DNA from: Carpediemonas membranifera BICM | Taxonomy: Eukaryota > Protista > Fornicata | DNA: 64,000 nucleotides | Assembly: GCA_019828565.1 (NCBI GenBank) | Contig: JAHDYR010000062.1 | Coordinates: 1,374,421 to 1,438,420, forward strand | Direction: 5' to 3' | Part shown: positions 63,530 through 64,000 of the stretch, in pieces | How positions within the stretch are numbered: position 1 is the stretch's first letter | How the letters are laid out: each line of letters opens with the position of its first letter | Program-made: the position numbers and the translations under genes | The notes under the pieces: generated by a model | Seen by the model: only the letters and a program-made list of their open reading frames with translations | What the model was told of the DNA's origin: nothing | Database searches by the model: none

Positions 63530-64000
63530 ATGACACAACCCGAGTTCACAAATGAGGACGGCAATAAGATCGAGTTACACCGTATGGACCCTGAAAATGG
63601 CGAGGTCCGCGGGACAGCGCTCATCATTCACGGCCTTGGGGAGTATGCCGAGCGATACTCCCACATCGCCAAGTATTTCGCTGAAAAGTGCGGTCTTGCT
63701 TGCTGGTACTGCTCTCTCGAGGGTTATGGACTCTCTGACGGCAAAGCTGGCCTCGTGCGCAGCTTCGAAGAAGTCTACTACCGCGACCTGCTCGCTATCT
63801 TCCGCATGGTCGAGGCAGCGTTCCCTGACGTACCCCGCTTCGTCATTGGCCATAGTATGGGCGGCCTTATCAGCCTCGACTTCGCCCAACACCACCCCGA
63901 GGCCATCGCCAACGGCGGCGTTTATTGCTCGGGTCCCTGCCTCGCCCTGCACCCCAGCCAGCTCATGCCGGGACTCAACCTTATCCTCGCTGTCTGCAAC
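63530..64000 (+). CDS. Alpha/beta hydrolase (monoglyceride lipase/lysophospholipase family), 3'-truncated by the window edge
   Basis: Translated by hand: IIHGLGEYAERY, GYGLSDG and nucleophile motif GHSMGG. Confidence 0.9.
   Translation, partial: MTQPEFTNEDGNKIELHRMDPENGEVRGTALIIHGLGEYAERYSHIAKYFAEKCGLACWYCSLEGYGLSDGKAGLVRSFEEVYYRDLLAIFRMVEAAFPDVPRFVIGHSMGGLISLDFAQHHPEAIANGGVYCSGPCLALHPSQLMPGLNLILAVCN

Noticed and set aside
1-64000. CRISPR array, tRNA, rRNA or a transposase partner for the Fanzor
   Set aside because: No regularly spaced repeat-spacer array, tRNA/rRNA signature, or DDE/HUH/serine-recombinase ORF was recognised by eye.

Overview
Gene-dense, GC-rich eukaryotic (protist) DNA with about 35 protein-coding genes. 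The introns are very short (28-37 nt, ending in CACACAG/TTACACAG/TAG), and a GTAAAY motif lies near most stop codons. This architecture resembles a fornicate metamonad such as Carpediemonas (inference only). Recognisable genes include HAP2/GCS1, TOP3, METTL5, an SP-RING SUMO ligase, RER1, proteasome beta-7, CAPZB, hutI/AMDHD1, an Atg4-like protein, a fused PreT-PreA dihydropyrimidine dehydrogenase, a receptor TKL kinase, beta-carbonic anhydrase, RCL1, kinesin-2, a processive GT2, and TLDc, EXS, SET and MATE proteins. The standout is a Fanzor1-type (eukaryotic TnpB-like, RNA-guided) nuclease locus at 12666-14587. It retains all three RuvC acidic residues and a C-terminal Cys4 zinc finger, is split by one frame break near 13105-13166, and is followed by a structured candidate omegaRNA (about 14588-14730). 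A 96%-identical 175-bp remnant of a second copy lies at 54675-54849. Other notable items are a probable non-canonical AT-AG intron in TOP3, an Atg4 homolog lacking the catalytic Cys, a copied gene fragment between two diverged Gly-rich mini-ORFs, and two hairpin-dense intergenic regions.
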